From contig OZ253496.1 of NCBI GenBank assembly GCA_965262115.1, positions 1,024,001-1,088,000 of the forward strand: a stretch of 64,000 bases of DNA, written 5' to 3'. Numbering within the stretch: the first letter of the stretch is position 1; the number at the start of each line of letters is the position of its first letter. This DNA comes from Nitrospinales bacterium (GTDB taxonomy: Bacteria; Nitrospinota; Nitrospinia; Nitrospinales; VA-1). Shown here in pieces: positions 30,303 to 38,599 of this stretch. The position numbers and the translations under genes were made by a program. Below the pieces are notes generated by a model. It searched no databases and was not told the origin of the DNA. It was given only the letters and a program-made list of their open reading frames with translations.

Positions 30303-30390
30303 GCACGTTATAATCTTCCGTAGCTGTGATGTCCTCTTCCTTAAACTTCATGCCCGGCAAGGGTACTTCGTGCCCCAGAGGGGTAATAGC
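30299..30390 (+). repeat. Modular intergenic repeat, copy A
   Basis: ATGAGCACGTTATA..CTTCC..AGCTGTGAT.TCC...TTCATGCCC..GGGTA...AGGGGTAATAGC. Homologous to 50690-50799(-), 61492-61566, 38402-38443 and 56987-57028. Confidence 0.75.
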
Positions 30391-30584
30391 CGATTGCCCA
30401 ACAAAGATTTCTCTCCGCTCAGGGAAAATCAGATAGGTGAAAAATCGTTTTTTTTGTTTTGTGGCTCGTGAGCATAGCGAGCGTCTGCCACCCCTTGCCC
30501 CTGCGGCGAACAGCTTGACAAGCCTGAAAACAGATTTTATGTATATAATGACCAAAGAAACTTTTATAAAAAGAAAGGTTTGCC

Positions 30585-30887
30585 ATGAATTATAACAATC
30601 CTTTTTCAGACCAAAATTTTTCCCGGGGTCATAAAACGCTGACATGGGGAACGTTTTTTTTCGGCGGGACTCTGTTTCTCCTTGCCGTTCTTATTTTTTC
30701 CTATCCCGCGCTGATCGCCTACTTCATTGCCGGGTTGATCCTTCTTGCCGGAATCTCCACACTGACTGTGGCCTGGAAACTCTGGCAGTTTCGAAAAAAT
30801 GTTTCCCATTTAAAGCAATGGGAAAAACCCGTTACTGAAAACGACAGGTATTGTACCCGCATCACCTATTTCAGGTGGCATGCGTGA
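30585..30887 (+). CDS. Small membrane protein
   Basis: Two TM segments; GAAAGG RBS; TTGACA-N17-TATAAT-type promoter upstream. Confidence 0.75.
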   Translation: MNYNNPFSDQNFSRGHKTLTWGTFFFGGTLFLLAVLIFSYPALIAYFIAGLILLAGISTLTVAWKLWQFRKNVSHLKQWEKPVTENDRYCTRITYFRWHA

Positions 30888-31831
30888 TTTATGACCGAGC
30901 AAAAGGAATCGACAAAGACTGGAGCCGGATCACCCTCGGTTGTTGGCAGATTGCTCCCAGCGGAGGATGGGGAGACATCTGCCCTCCTGAAGACGCTGAA
31001 AGAGTCGTGCGTTCCGCCCTCGATCATGGCATCACCGCTTTCGATACCGCGGAAGGTTATGGCGATGGAGAATCGGAACGTAGGCTGGGCAAAGCCCTGG
31101 GTCCTAAAAAAGATTCCGTCATCATCATCTCTAAAATCTGGCCCGATGCCAAACTGACTCTTAAAGCCTATCAAAAATGCCTTGAAGATTCTCTTAAGGC
31201 TCTGGGTCGGGATTATGTCGACCTTTACCTGATCCATTGGCCGGGAAATTATTTCAACACCCGCGACAAAAGCGCCCGACTCGCCGAGTTCATGGACACA
31301 CTCAAAAAAAGCGGAAAGGCCACGACGGTAGGACTCTCAAATTTCCAGTCGAAGGATTTAGCCCTTCTGGGAAACAATCTCAAAACATTTTCCATGAACG
31401 AGGTTCCCTATAGCCTGTTAGACCGGGCCTATGAAGGAAAAACTTTGAACCCGTGCAAAAAGGCAGGCATCCCCTACATGGCCTTCTCGCCCACTGCGCA
31501 AGGACTACTGGCAAGACCGATGAGCCGGGAAGACCTCGAAATGCCCACCCGAAAACACCATTTTATCTATCAAAATTCAGTTTACCCGCACGCCAAAAAA
31601 GTATGGGAAACCGTGCGTGATATCGCCAAAGAGCTGGGCCGAAAACCGATTGAGGTGGCTCTGGCCTGGGTGCTCACCCGGGACAATATTTTCACCGCCA
31701 TCGTGGGCACCCGAAAATCCGAACAGGTTGCAGAGTTTGCGAAATCCGCCAAGCTGAAACTGAGTCCTAATCAGTTGCAACGCCTGACGGCAGCCAGCGA
31801 CAAATTTCCCATGGTCAAAAAGAGGCATTGA
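30884..31831 (+). CDS. Aldo/keto reductase
   Basis: FDTAEGYGDGESE, DYVDLYLIHWP, VGLSNF and YSLLDR motifs. The GTG start overlaps the upstream stop. Confidence 0.92.
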   Translation: MIYDRAKGIDKDWSRITLGCWQIAPSGGWGDICPPEDAERVVRSALDHGITAFDTAEGYGDGESERRLGKALGPKKDSVIIISKIWPDAKLTLKAYQKCLEDSLKALGRDYVDLYLIHWPGNYFNTRDKSARLAEFMDTLKKSGKATTVGLSNFQSKDLALLGNNLKTFSMNEVPYSLLDRAYEGKTLNPCKKAGIPYMAFSPTAQGLLARPMSREDLEMPTRKHHFIYQNSVYPHAKKVWETVRDIAKELGRKPIEVALAWVLTRDNIFTAIVGTRKSEQVAEFAKSAKLKLSPNQLQRLTAASDKFPMVKKRH

Positions 31832-32143
31832 ATGAACGAGCATTGGGAAGAACCAAAGGAAGAAGACGGTCTGACTCTGGGTCCCGAAGAAGCCCTGCAA
31901 AGGGAGATCGAAAAGTGCAAAACCCTCAAGGTGGATCGCCTGCGCCTTCGGGACGAAATTGAAAAACTGAAAACCGAGAAGACCGACCTCACCCAGAAAA
32001 ACCAACTGCTCAAAGAAAGAATCACAAAACCTGGAAACCCACCTGCCAACCATGAGAAAGCGAATGCCATTTCCCGAAACACTTTGGTTTTTGCACTGGT
32101 TTCTGGTTTGCTGGCCCTGCTTTGGTTTATGGCCCGAAACTGA
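31832..32143 (+). CDS. Hypothetical coiled-coil protein with C-terminal TM anchor
   Basis: 103-aa ORF abutting the aldo/keto reductase gene. Confidence 0.7.
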   Translation: MNEHWEEPKEEDGLTLGPEEALQREIEKCKTLKVDRLRLRDEIEKLKTEKTDLTQKNQLLKERITKPGNPPANHEKANAISRNTLVFALVSGLLALLWFMARN

Positions 32144-32366
32144 AACACACGCCTAAAGGAATGTAAAATGAAGGCAATTTCTGTTAAACTTCACCCTAAG
32201 ATGAAGAAATATTGAATCTTTATCATAATTGTCGCCATCCTACTAAATAGAAGTTTCCTCAGTTAAGAGGCTGAGATTTCGCCTGATTCCTTAATTAAAG
32301 TAACACCCAAAAGTTTTTCAAAAAACCGTCCCAAAATATCAACCAATGTATTGAGAGGAAAACCAA

Positions 32367-32831
32367 ATGTGGGTAATTGAATTTTTTCATGTAATTATCG
32401 GAATTTTGTGGATCGGATTATTGTACTTCTTCAATCTGGTTCAGGTGCAGTCCATGCCACAAATGGTCGAAGCAGGCGCCGCCAAACCCTACACCCAGAT
32501 CATTCTGCCCCGCGCTCTGTTTTTGTTCCGGCACGCCGCGTTATGGACGGTCATCACCGGCATCGCTTATTACATGGCCGGTCGGGGAACAGTTCAAGGG
32601 ATTCCCAGCGGTGAGATCATGATCGGCATGTTGCTGGGCATCATCATGGCAGGCAATGTCTGGTTCATCATCTGGCCGAACCAAAAAAAGATCATCGCCG
32701 GCGAGTTGGAAGGCGATGCCATGACCAAAGCTAAAAGAAGGGCTTTTCTTGCCAGCAGAACCAACGCCTGGCTTTCAATACCTATGTTAATCGGAATGAT
32801 CGCCGCCAACCACGGCGGTATCATGTTCTAG
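32367..32831 (+). CDS. Urate hydroxylase PuuD-like membrane protein
   Basis: HVIIGILWIGLLYFFNLVQ, NVWFIIWPNQKK and ASRTN motifs. Confidence 0.75.
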   Translation: MWVIEFFHVIIGILWIGLLYFFNLVQVQSMPQMVEAGAAKPYTQIILPRALFLFRHAALWTVITGIAYYMAGRGTVQGIPSGEIMIGMLLGIIMAGNVWFIIWPNQKKIIAGELEGDAMTKAKRRAFLASRTNAWLSIPMLIGMIAANHGGIMF

Positions 32832-33018
32832 CGCCAGCGTGACGCTGGACTCAGTGAACAATCACTTTTTCTGGCTAGCAAAGGGTTGTCTCGGCTCCAC
32901 AAGCTGCTACGTGAAGTGGTGGAGAGCCGCCGCTAGAAAGTTGTAATGCCTTTATCTTGCCCTTCCAAAGATGAAGGCAGTTTTAATTGTTTTATCTAGT
33001 CTTTACTCACAGTACAAG

Positions 33019-33058
33019 AAGGGGTTCGTCCACTGTCAAGGGGGCGAACCCTTTTTTT
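33019..33058 (+). terminator. Intrinsic terminator
   Basis: AAGGGGTTCGTCC...GGGCGAACCCTTTTTTT. Confidence 0.65.
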
Positions 33059-33143
33059 GTGGCCGGGCACGGCCTGAACTTCCCCCTGAGAAGGAGACCT
33101 CTGCGTAACCATAGATTTCGCGTTATTTTGTTTCTCAAAATCA

Positions 33144-33253
33144 TCCTCCCCTCTCATGAGGAGAGGCAAGGCGTAGCCGCGGAGGGGTGTGGATTTTTTT
33201 GACGGAATTTATAATCCAACCCTCCCCTAACCCCTCTCTATGAAGGGAGGGGA
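33144..33253. repeat. Inverted pair of C/G-run palindromic repeats without an ORF (REPIN-like)
   Basis: 33144-33193 and 33215-33253 are imperfect inverted copies with the same architecture as the DUF559 flanks. Confidence 0.55.
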
Positions 33254-33406
33254 AGTTCACAATGACGATTTTATAAATCCATTCTTTTCCCTGCCCACCC
33301 CACTCCATGACTACTCGCCACATCCAACATTTTTGTTCAAAATGCCGTCGTTTGACAATTTTGGATTGCTGAATTAGGCTCGAACTCTGACTTGAAAGAA
33401 GGCATT

Positions 33407-33812
33407 ATGAAACAAAACCCACTTTTTCTAATATATATTTCAATTTTATTTTTATCGTCTTGTGCTAGCGCTCCGACTAAAGAAGAACTTCAGAATGCGG
33501 ATTACGGAAACCCACCGTCTAACCATCAGGAAACTATAACAAACTATATGGGAAGCCAACTAAAAGACCCGTACTCTGCACAATATAATTTTCTGTCTGG
33601 GCCGAAACAACAATGGTCATCTTTTTTAAGTAGCATAGAATTTGGTTATGGTGTGTGCGTAACAATCAACGCAAAAAAACTCATACGGAGGTTATACAGG
33701 CCAAAAACTTCATTACTTCTTAATTCACAATAATATTATAGTACAGCACTTATACCAATCTGGAAGAGACTATGACATTATGGGAGTAGCCGCTGAAAAG
33801 AGGTGCTCATAA
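33407..33812 (+). pseudogene. Lipoprotein with a +1 frameshift in an A7 tract
   Basis: Lipobox LSSC and LKDPYSA motif. Removing one A at 33673-33679 restores INAKNSYGGYTG and an ORF running to 33812. Confidence 0.75.
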
Positions 33813-33886
33813 ATTATCCAAGCACTGCTGAAAAAATATAACTTAAAGCAGATTAATTGAAATCCACGGCAACAGGTATTAATGGG

Positions 33887-35107
33887 TTATTCTGTAGTCA
33901 AAGCTTCCATGGGGTCGAGCTTGGAAGCTTTGATGGCGGGGAACACGCCGAATAAAACCCCGATGCCTGCACAGGCCCAACTCGCTATCCAGATGGAATG
34001 GGGGTCAAGAATCAGGGTCCAGTCACCCCAATGGGTAAGACCCAGCGTCAATCCGACTCCCAGAACGATGCCCAGTCCGCCGCCAAGAAATCCGATGATC
34101 AAAGATTCATAAAGAAACTGGTGGATGATATCTCTGCGGGTCGCGCCCACCGCTCTTCGGATTCCTATCTCGCGGGTACGCTCTTTCACGGAGATCAACA
34201 TCACCGCCAGAATTCCGATGCCGCCCACCAGCAACGATATGCCCGCTACTCCCACAATCAGTTTGGTGAACAGTTCGGTGGTTTCTTTTTTCAAGTCTTC
34301 CAGATCCAATTGACTGATGAGAGTGAAGTCGTCGTTGCGGTCATCTGTGAGTTTGTGGTTTTCTCTAAGAAGTTCGCGGATTTTCCCCGAAGCTTTAGCA
34401 ATGTTTTGCCTTGATGAAGCTTTAACAAAAATCCGGCTGATAAATTTCTGATTGACAATACGGCGCATATAAGTCGAAAGCGGAATCAGCACCAGATCGT
34501 CCTGATCCAACCCGTTTGTATCCACACCCTTAGGTTCGAACACACCAATGATTTTAAAAGGCATGAAGTGTACCTTGATGACCTGCCCCATTGGGTCTTC
34601 TTCACCAAAAAGATTTTTAACAGTGGTCATCCCAATAATGGCTACACGGTTGGCTGTTTTTGCATCTCTTTCAGAAAAAAATTCACCGCTCTGCAAGCGA
34701 TAGTCACGGATAATGGAAAAATCGGCGGTGGAACCGGCGATAGTGGTTTCTGTCGAGTTATGGCCAAACTTGGCCACCATTCTTTTTTCTTCAAAAGGCG
34801 CCACGCTCTCCACCTCCCCGATTTCATCCATGATCCGGTTGGCATCGCGAACGGTCAAGGTGGTCACATTCCCGGTAAGGCGTAAGCGCCCTCCGCGCCG
34901 TTTCATTTCCCCGGCGTTGACAGTGATCAGGTTTTCTCCCATCCCCGCAATGACATCCATCACCTCCTGTTGCGAACCTTTGCCAATGGCCACCATGATG
35001 ATCACCGAGGCGATACCGATCAGTATGCCGAGGGAGGCAAGAAAGGTACGGGTCTTGTGGGCCAGGAGAGCTTTAAGCGCTATCCCGAGAGAAGAAAAAA
35101 AATTCAT
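33887..35107 (-). CDS. MacB/FtsX-family ABC permease
   Basis: LGILIGIASVI, ISLLVGGIGI and ERTREIGIRRAVGA motifs. Confidence 0.93.
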   Translation of the reverse strand: MNFFSSLGIALKALLAHKTRTFLASLGILIGIASVIIMVAIGKGSQQEVMDVIAGMGENLITVNAGEMKRRGGRLRLTGNVTTLTVRDANRIMDEIGEVESVAPFEEKRMVAKFGHNSTETTIAGSTADFSIIRDYRLQSGEFFSERDAKTANRVAIIGMTTVKNLFGEEDPMGQVIKVHFMPFKIIGVFEPKGVDTNGLDQDDLVLIPLSTYMRRIVNQKFISRIFVKASSRQNIAKASGKIRELLRENHKLTDDRNDDFTLISQLDLEDLKKETTELFTKLIVGVAGISLLVGGIGILAVMLISVKERTREIGIRRAVGATRRDIIHQFLYESLIIGFLGGGLGIVLGVGLTLGLTHWGDWTLILDPHSIWIASWACAGIGVLFGVFPAIKASKLDPMEALTTE

Positions 35108-35118
35108 CAGTCAACTCA

Positions 35119-36330
35119 TTAAGATCGAATGGATTCTTCAGGACTCAAAAAAGCCGCCTTGCGGGCAGGATGAATCCCGAATATCAAACCAATCAGGGAA
35201 CAAAATACGAACGACAGGATAAAAGGTTCCGCCGTGATATGAGTGGGGAGCACATCAAACCGTTTTAACCCAAATGAAATAACTAATCCCAGCCCAACAC
35301 CCATGAGCCCACCCAACAGGGAAACCAAAATCGACTCGAATAAAAACTGGAAGGTGATGTCGGACCGACGCGCACCGAAACATCGGCGAATGCCTATTTC
35401 TCGAACCCGTTCCCGGATGGAAACCAAAAGGATATTCATGATAACGATTCCGCCGACCAGAAGAGAAACGGTTGAGATCAGAATCAGCATGCGGTTTAAG
35501 GCCTGCTCCGATTCGGTCACCCATTGCATGATGCCTTCGGGAGTGATGAAACGGAAATCGGCGGCGGCGAGAACCGAAAGATTGTGGTTGCGGCGCAAAA
35601 TCTGGCGTACCGCTTCCATGGTCTCCGGCACCTGCGAAGAATCCATAGAAACAACCTTTATACTGTGAAGGTAGGTTTCGTGCGTCAAGCGCGACATCGA
35701 GGTGGTCAGTGGAATCAGGGCCCGGTCGTCAGGGTCGTACCCGCTTTCGGTCAGCCCCTTTTCTTCGAGCAGACCGATCACTTGATAATAATTATTTTGC
35801 AGGCGCACCATTTTTCCAATGGAGTCTTTACCTTTAAAAAGTTTTCTGGCAGGAGTCGCACCCAGCACCACCACCCGCTTTCTACGGTCCAGATCGCTGT
35901 CAGATAAAAAATCACCATCTGTCATTTTCCATCCCCGCGCCAACTGCCAATCCGGCGTCACCCCATAAACCCGGGTGCTAGTGAACTCTTTTTTATTGAT
36001 GATCTGCATGCGTTTTCTCTGCCGGGGCACCACCAGTCTAACGGTGGGAAGCGCCAGCAGGTCTTCGGCATCCTCAAGGGTCATGCTGGTGGTGTTCTTA
36101 GAGCGGGCAAAAAACATTCTTCCCGCACCAGCGATCACCGAGAAAGATTCCGGACCAAACCCCATATTGGAAATGCGGTTGAGAACCTTGATCTTGATGC
36201 CATCGCCAATAGCCACAATCACCGTCAAAGACGCGATGCCGATCATCACACCCAAAGTCATGAGAAACGTGTTGCCCCGGTTCAGTCTTAACCCTCTAAG
36301 AGCCTGGCCGAGATTTTTAAAAATTCGCAT
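35119..36330 (-). CDS. MacB/FtsX-family ABC permease (second)
   Basis: Same motifs, e.g. ERVREIGIRRCFGA. Confidence 0.93.
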   Translation of the reverse strand: MRIFKNLGQALRGLRLNRGNTFLMTLGVMIGIASLTVIVAIGDGIKIKVLNRISNMGFGPESFSVIAGAGRMFFARSKNTTSMTLEDAEDLLALPTVRLVVPRQRKRMQIINKKEFTSTRVYGVTPDWQLARGWKMTDGDFLSDSDLDRRKRVVVLGATPARKLFKGKDSIGKMVRLQNNYYQVIGLLEEKGLTESGYDPDDRALIPLTTSMSRLTHETYLHSIKVVSMDSSQVPETMEAVRQILRRNHNLSVLAAADFRFITPEGIMQWVTESEQALNRMLILISTVSLLVGGIVIMNILLVSIRERVREIGIRRCFGARRSDITFQFLFESILVSLLGGLMGVGLGLVISFGLKRFDVLPTHITAEPFILSFVFCSLIGLIFGIHPARKAAFLSPEESIRS

Positions 36331-36344
36331 ACAAGATCTCCGGC

Positions 36345-37052
36345 TTAAACGGACCGGGTTTGTTCTTCATGACTCACCTCACTGTCTGAGGCGATCTGCC
36401 CGTCCAGGATGGAGATGATTCGACCGGCATGTCGCGCCACTTCCTGATCATGGGTGATGAGCACAATGGTCTTTCCTTCTTTGACGAGGTTGTCAAAGGT
36501 CTTCATGGTCTTGATGCCGTTTTTTGAATCCAGATTTCCTGTGGGTTCATCCGCAAGAATGATTCGAGGATTATTAATGAGAGAACGTGCGATGGTGACC
36601 CTCTGCTGTTCACCGCCTGATAACTGTCCCGGTGTGTGATGCAGGCGGTGCTCCAGTCCTACCTTGGCGAGCAGTTCCCGGGCTCGTTCCTTGACGTTAC
36701 CCTGAGATCCTCTTGCGTAAACCAAAGGCAGGATAACGTTTTCCAGCGCCGTGACTCCCGGCAAAAGGTGAAAGGCTTGAAATACAAAACCTATTTTCTC
36801 GTTGCGGACGCGGGAAAGTTTGCGGTCGTTCAACTTGCCAACCGGCTCACCATCCAGAAGGTACTCACCAGTGGTGGGCTGGGCCAGGCATCCCATGATT
36901 GCCATGAGTGTACTTTTCCCTGCACCGGAAGGCCCGACAATGCCGACGTAATCTCCTTCTGCGATATGAAGCGTCACATCCTCAAGCACCCGGGTCTCGA
37001 AACCAATATTCCGGTAGCTCTTGCAGATGGAGGTCATTTCAATGAGGTTCAT
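36345..37052 (-). CDS. ABC ATP-binding protein (LolD/MacB type)
   Basis: GPSGAGKST, LSGGEQQ and ADEPTGNLD motifs. Confidence 0.95.
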   Translation of the reverse strand: MNLIEMTSICKSYRNIGFETRVLEDVTLHIAEGDYVGIVGPSGAGKSTLMAIMGCLAQPTTGEYLLDGEPVGKLNDRKLSRVRNEKIGFVFQAFHLLPGVTALENVILPLVYARGSQGNVKERARELLAKVGLEHRLHHTPGQLSGGEQQRVTIARSLINNPRIILADEPTGNLDSKNGIKTMKTFDNLVKEGKTIVLITHDQEVARHAGRIISILDGQIASDSEVSHEEQTRSV

Positions 37053-38347
37053 CGCCGCCGCCTTCTACCTTCGCGTTTTTTCCCCAAGGGTTTGTTAGGA
37101 ATTCCCACCTGGTCTCCCTCATTGAGACCCGAGACCACTTCGATATTGCGGCCATCGCGCCAACCTAACTCAATGGGCTTGTCTGCCAGTTCACTGCTTG
37201 CTTGCATGACGACAAAAGTTTTTTTACCTTCCCGTTTGATCGCTTCTTTCGGGAGAGTCAGAACATTTTTCCGAGTTCCAGTGGTGACCACGACATTCGC
37301 CGTCATCTCCGGCCTGAGTTTCGCGACATTCTTTTTTTCAATATCAAGGATCACTTCATAGTTCACCACGTTATCCTTGATCACCGCCTTCGGGTGAATT
37401 TCCCGAACCTTGCCACTGAAGAACCGCTCGGCGTAAGTATCGACGGTAAACTTCGCCATTTGCCCGACCTCGATTCGTCCTATATCCGTTTCGTCGACAA
37501 AAACCGTGACTTCCAGTTTGCGAAGATCGATCAGGGTGACAAATGTCGGAGCGTTGAGGCTGGCCACCACCGTTTCCCCTTCCTGGGTGGAGACAAATGC
37601 GACAATGCCATCGATGGGCGCAGTGATCGAGGCATAAGTGAGCTGAATCTCTTCTACATTAAGGTTCGCTCGGGCCTTGTCGACCATAGCTTCGGCCAGT
37701 CGGCTGTCATTTTTCAACTGGCTTCGCTTGAGTTTCAACTCCTCGTTCGCCAGATTGATCCTGGCCCTCAACACTTCCAGTCTTTCTTGTGCTTCATCCA
37801 AAACGGTGGTGGAGACAAACCCTTTCCGATTCAGCTCATCATTGCGCTCCAACATTTTCTGCGCCAGCTTGGTCTGCACCTGCAGTTCATTGCGTTCCGC
37901 TATAGCCTTGTTAATTTCCAGCGGACCTTCTGCGCGGATTTTTGCCAGCCGGGCATTTTCCGCGTCCAGATCGGCTTGGAAACGTGCCACCCGGGAGAGC
38001 AGGTCTTCATGCTCAATAACGGCGATGATATCTCCTGCGCGAATGAAATCGCCAATTTTAACCAGCAGGCTTTTGACCTGTCCGGATATGCGGGCGCCGA
38101 TTTTAACTTCCGCACCCGTTTTGAGTGTCACGGTTCCCGTAGCCAAAACTTTTTGATGAATGTCCTGCCGAGTCACCGGTTGGAATTTGAAATCCTTTAC
38201 CGTGGGCTTTTGCGGGGGCTTCCCGAAAAATATTTCCCGGCCGGTTTTGATGACTGGGTCCATCTTCCCTTCTTGCCAGGCCCAGGTCAAACCGGCCGCA
38301 AGAACCATCAACAACAAGAGACTCCGGAGTTTTCCCGAAATTTTCAT
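37049..38347 (-). CDS. MacA-like periplasmic adaptor (MFP)
   Basis: N-terminal anchor, long coiled coil, ITAPIDG, VDETDIG and LRPEMTA motifs. Confidence 0.92.
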   Translation of the reverse strand: MKISGKLRSLLLLMVLAAGLTWAWQEGKMDPVIKTGREIFFGKPPQKPTVKDFKFQPVTRQDIHQKVLATGTVTLKTGAEVKIGARISGQVKSLLVKIGDFIRAGDIIAVIEHEDLLSRVARFQADLDAENARLAKIRAEGPLEINKAIAERNELQVQTKLAQKMLERNDELNRKGFVSTTVLDEAQERLEVLRARINLANEELKLKRSQLKNDSRLAEAMVDKARANLNVEEIQLTYASITAPIDGIVAFVSTQEGETVVASLNAPTFVTLIDLRKLEVTVFVDETDIGRIEVGQMAKFTVDTYAERFFSGKVREIHPKAVIKDNVVNYEVILDIEKKNVAKLRPEMTANVVVTTGTRKNVLTLPKEAIKREGKKTFVVMQASSELADKPIELGWRDGRNIEVVSGLNEGDQVGIPNKPLGKKREGRRRRR

Positions 38348-38599
38348 AATAGAACCATTAAATTACTCTTCATTAATTTTATCATCCACTGGGCGTGGGA
38401 GGGTGTAATATCCCTATCATTAACTTTATGCCCTGCAGGAATAAATTTGCAGGAACTTCTCATGCCGAGATAGCTCTTTTATAGCTAAATAACGCCATGG
38501 CTCATTGTCTCCACGCCGAATGGGGGTAAATATGCTAAGATAAAGGAATTATCCGTCTATTCTGGGATCGGCAGATGACCAGATAACTTGAGTATTATC

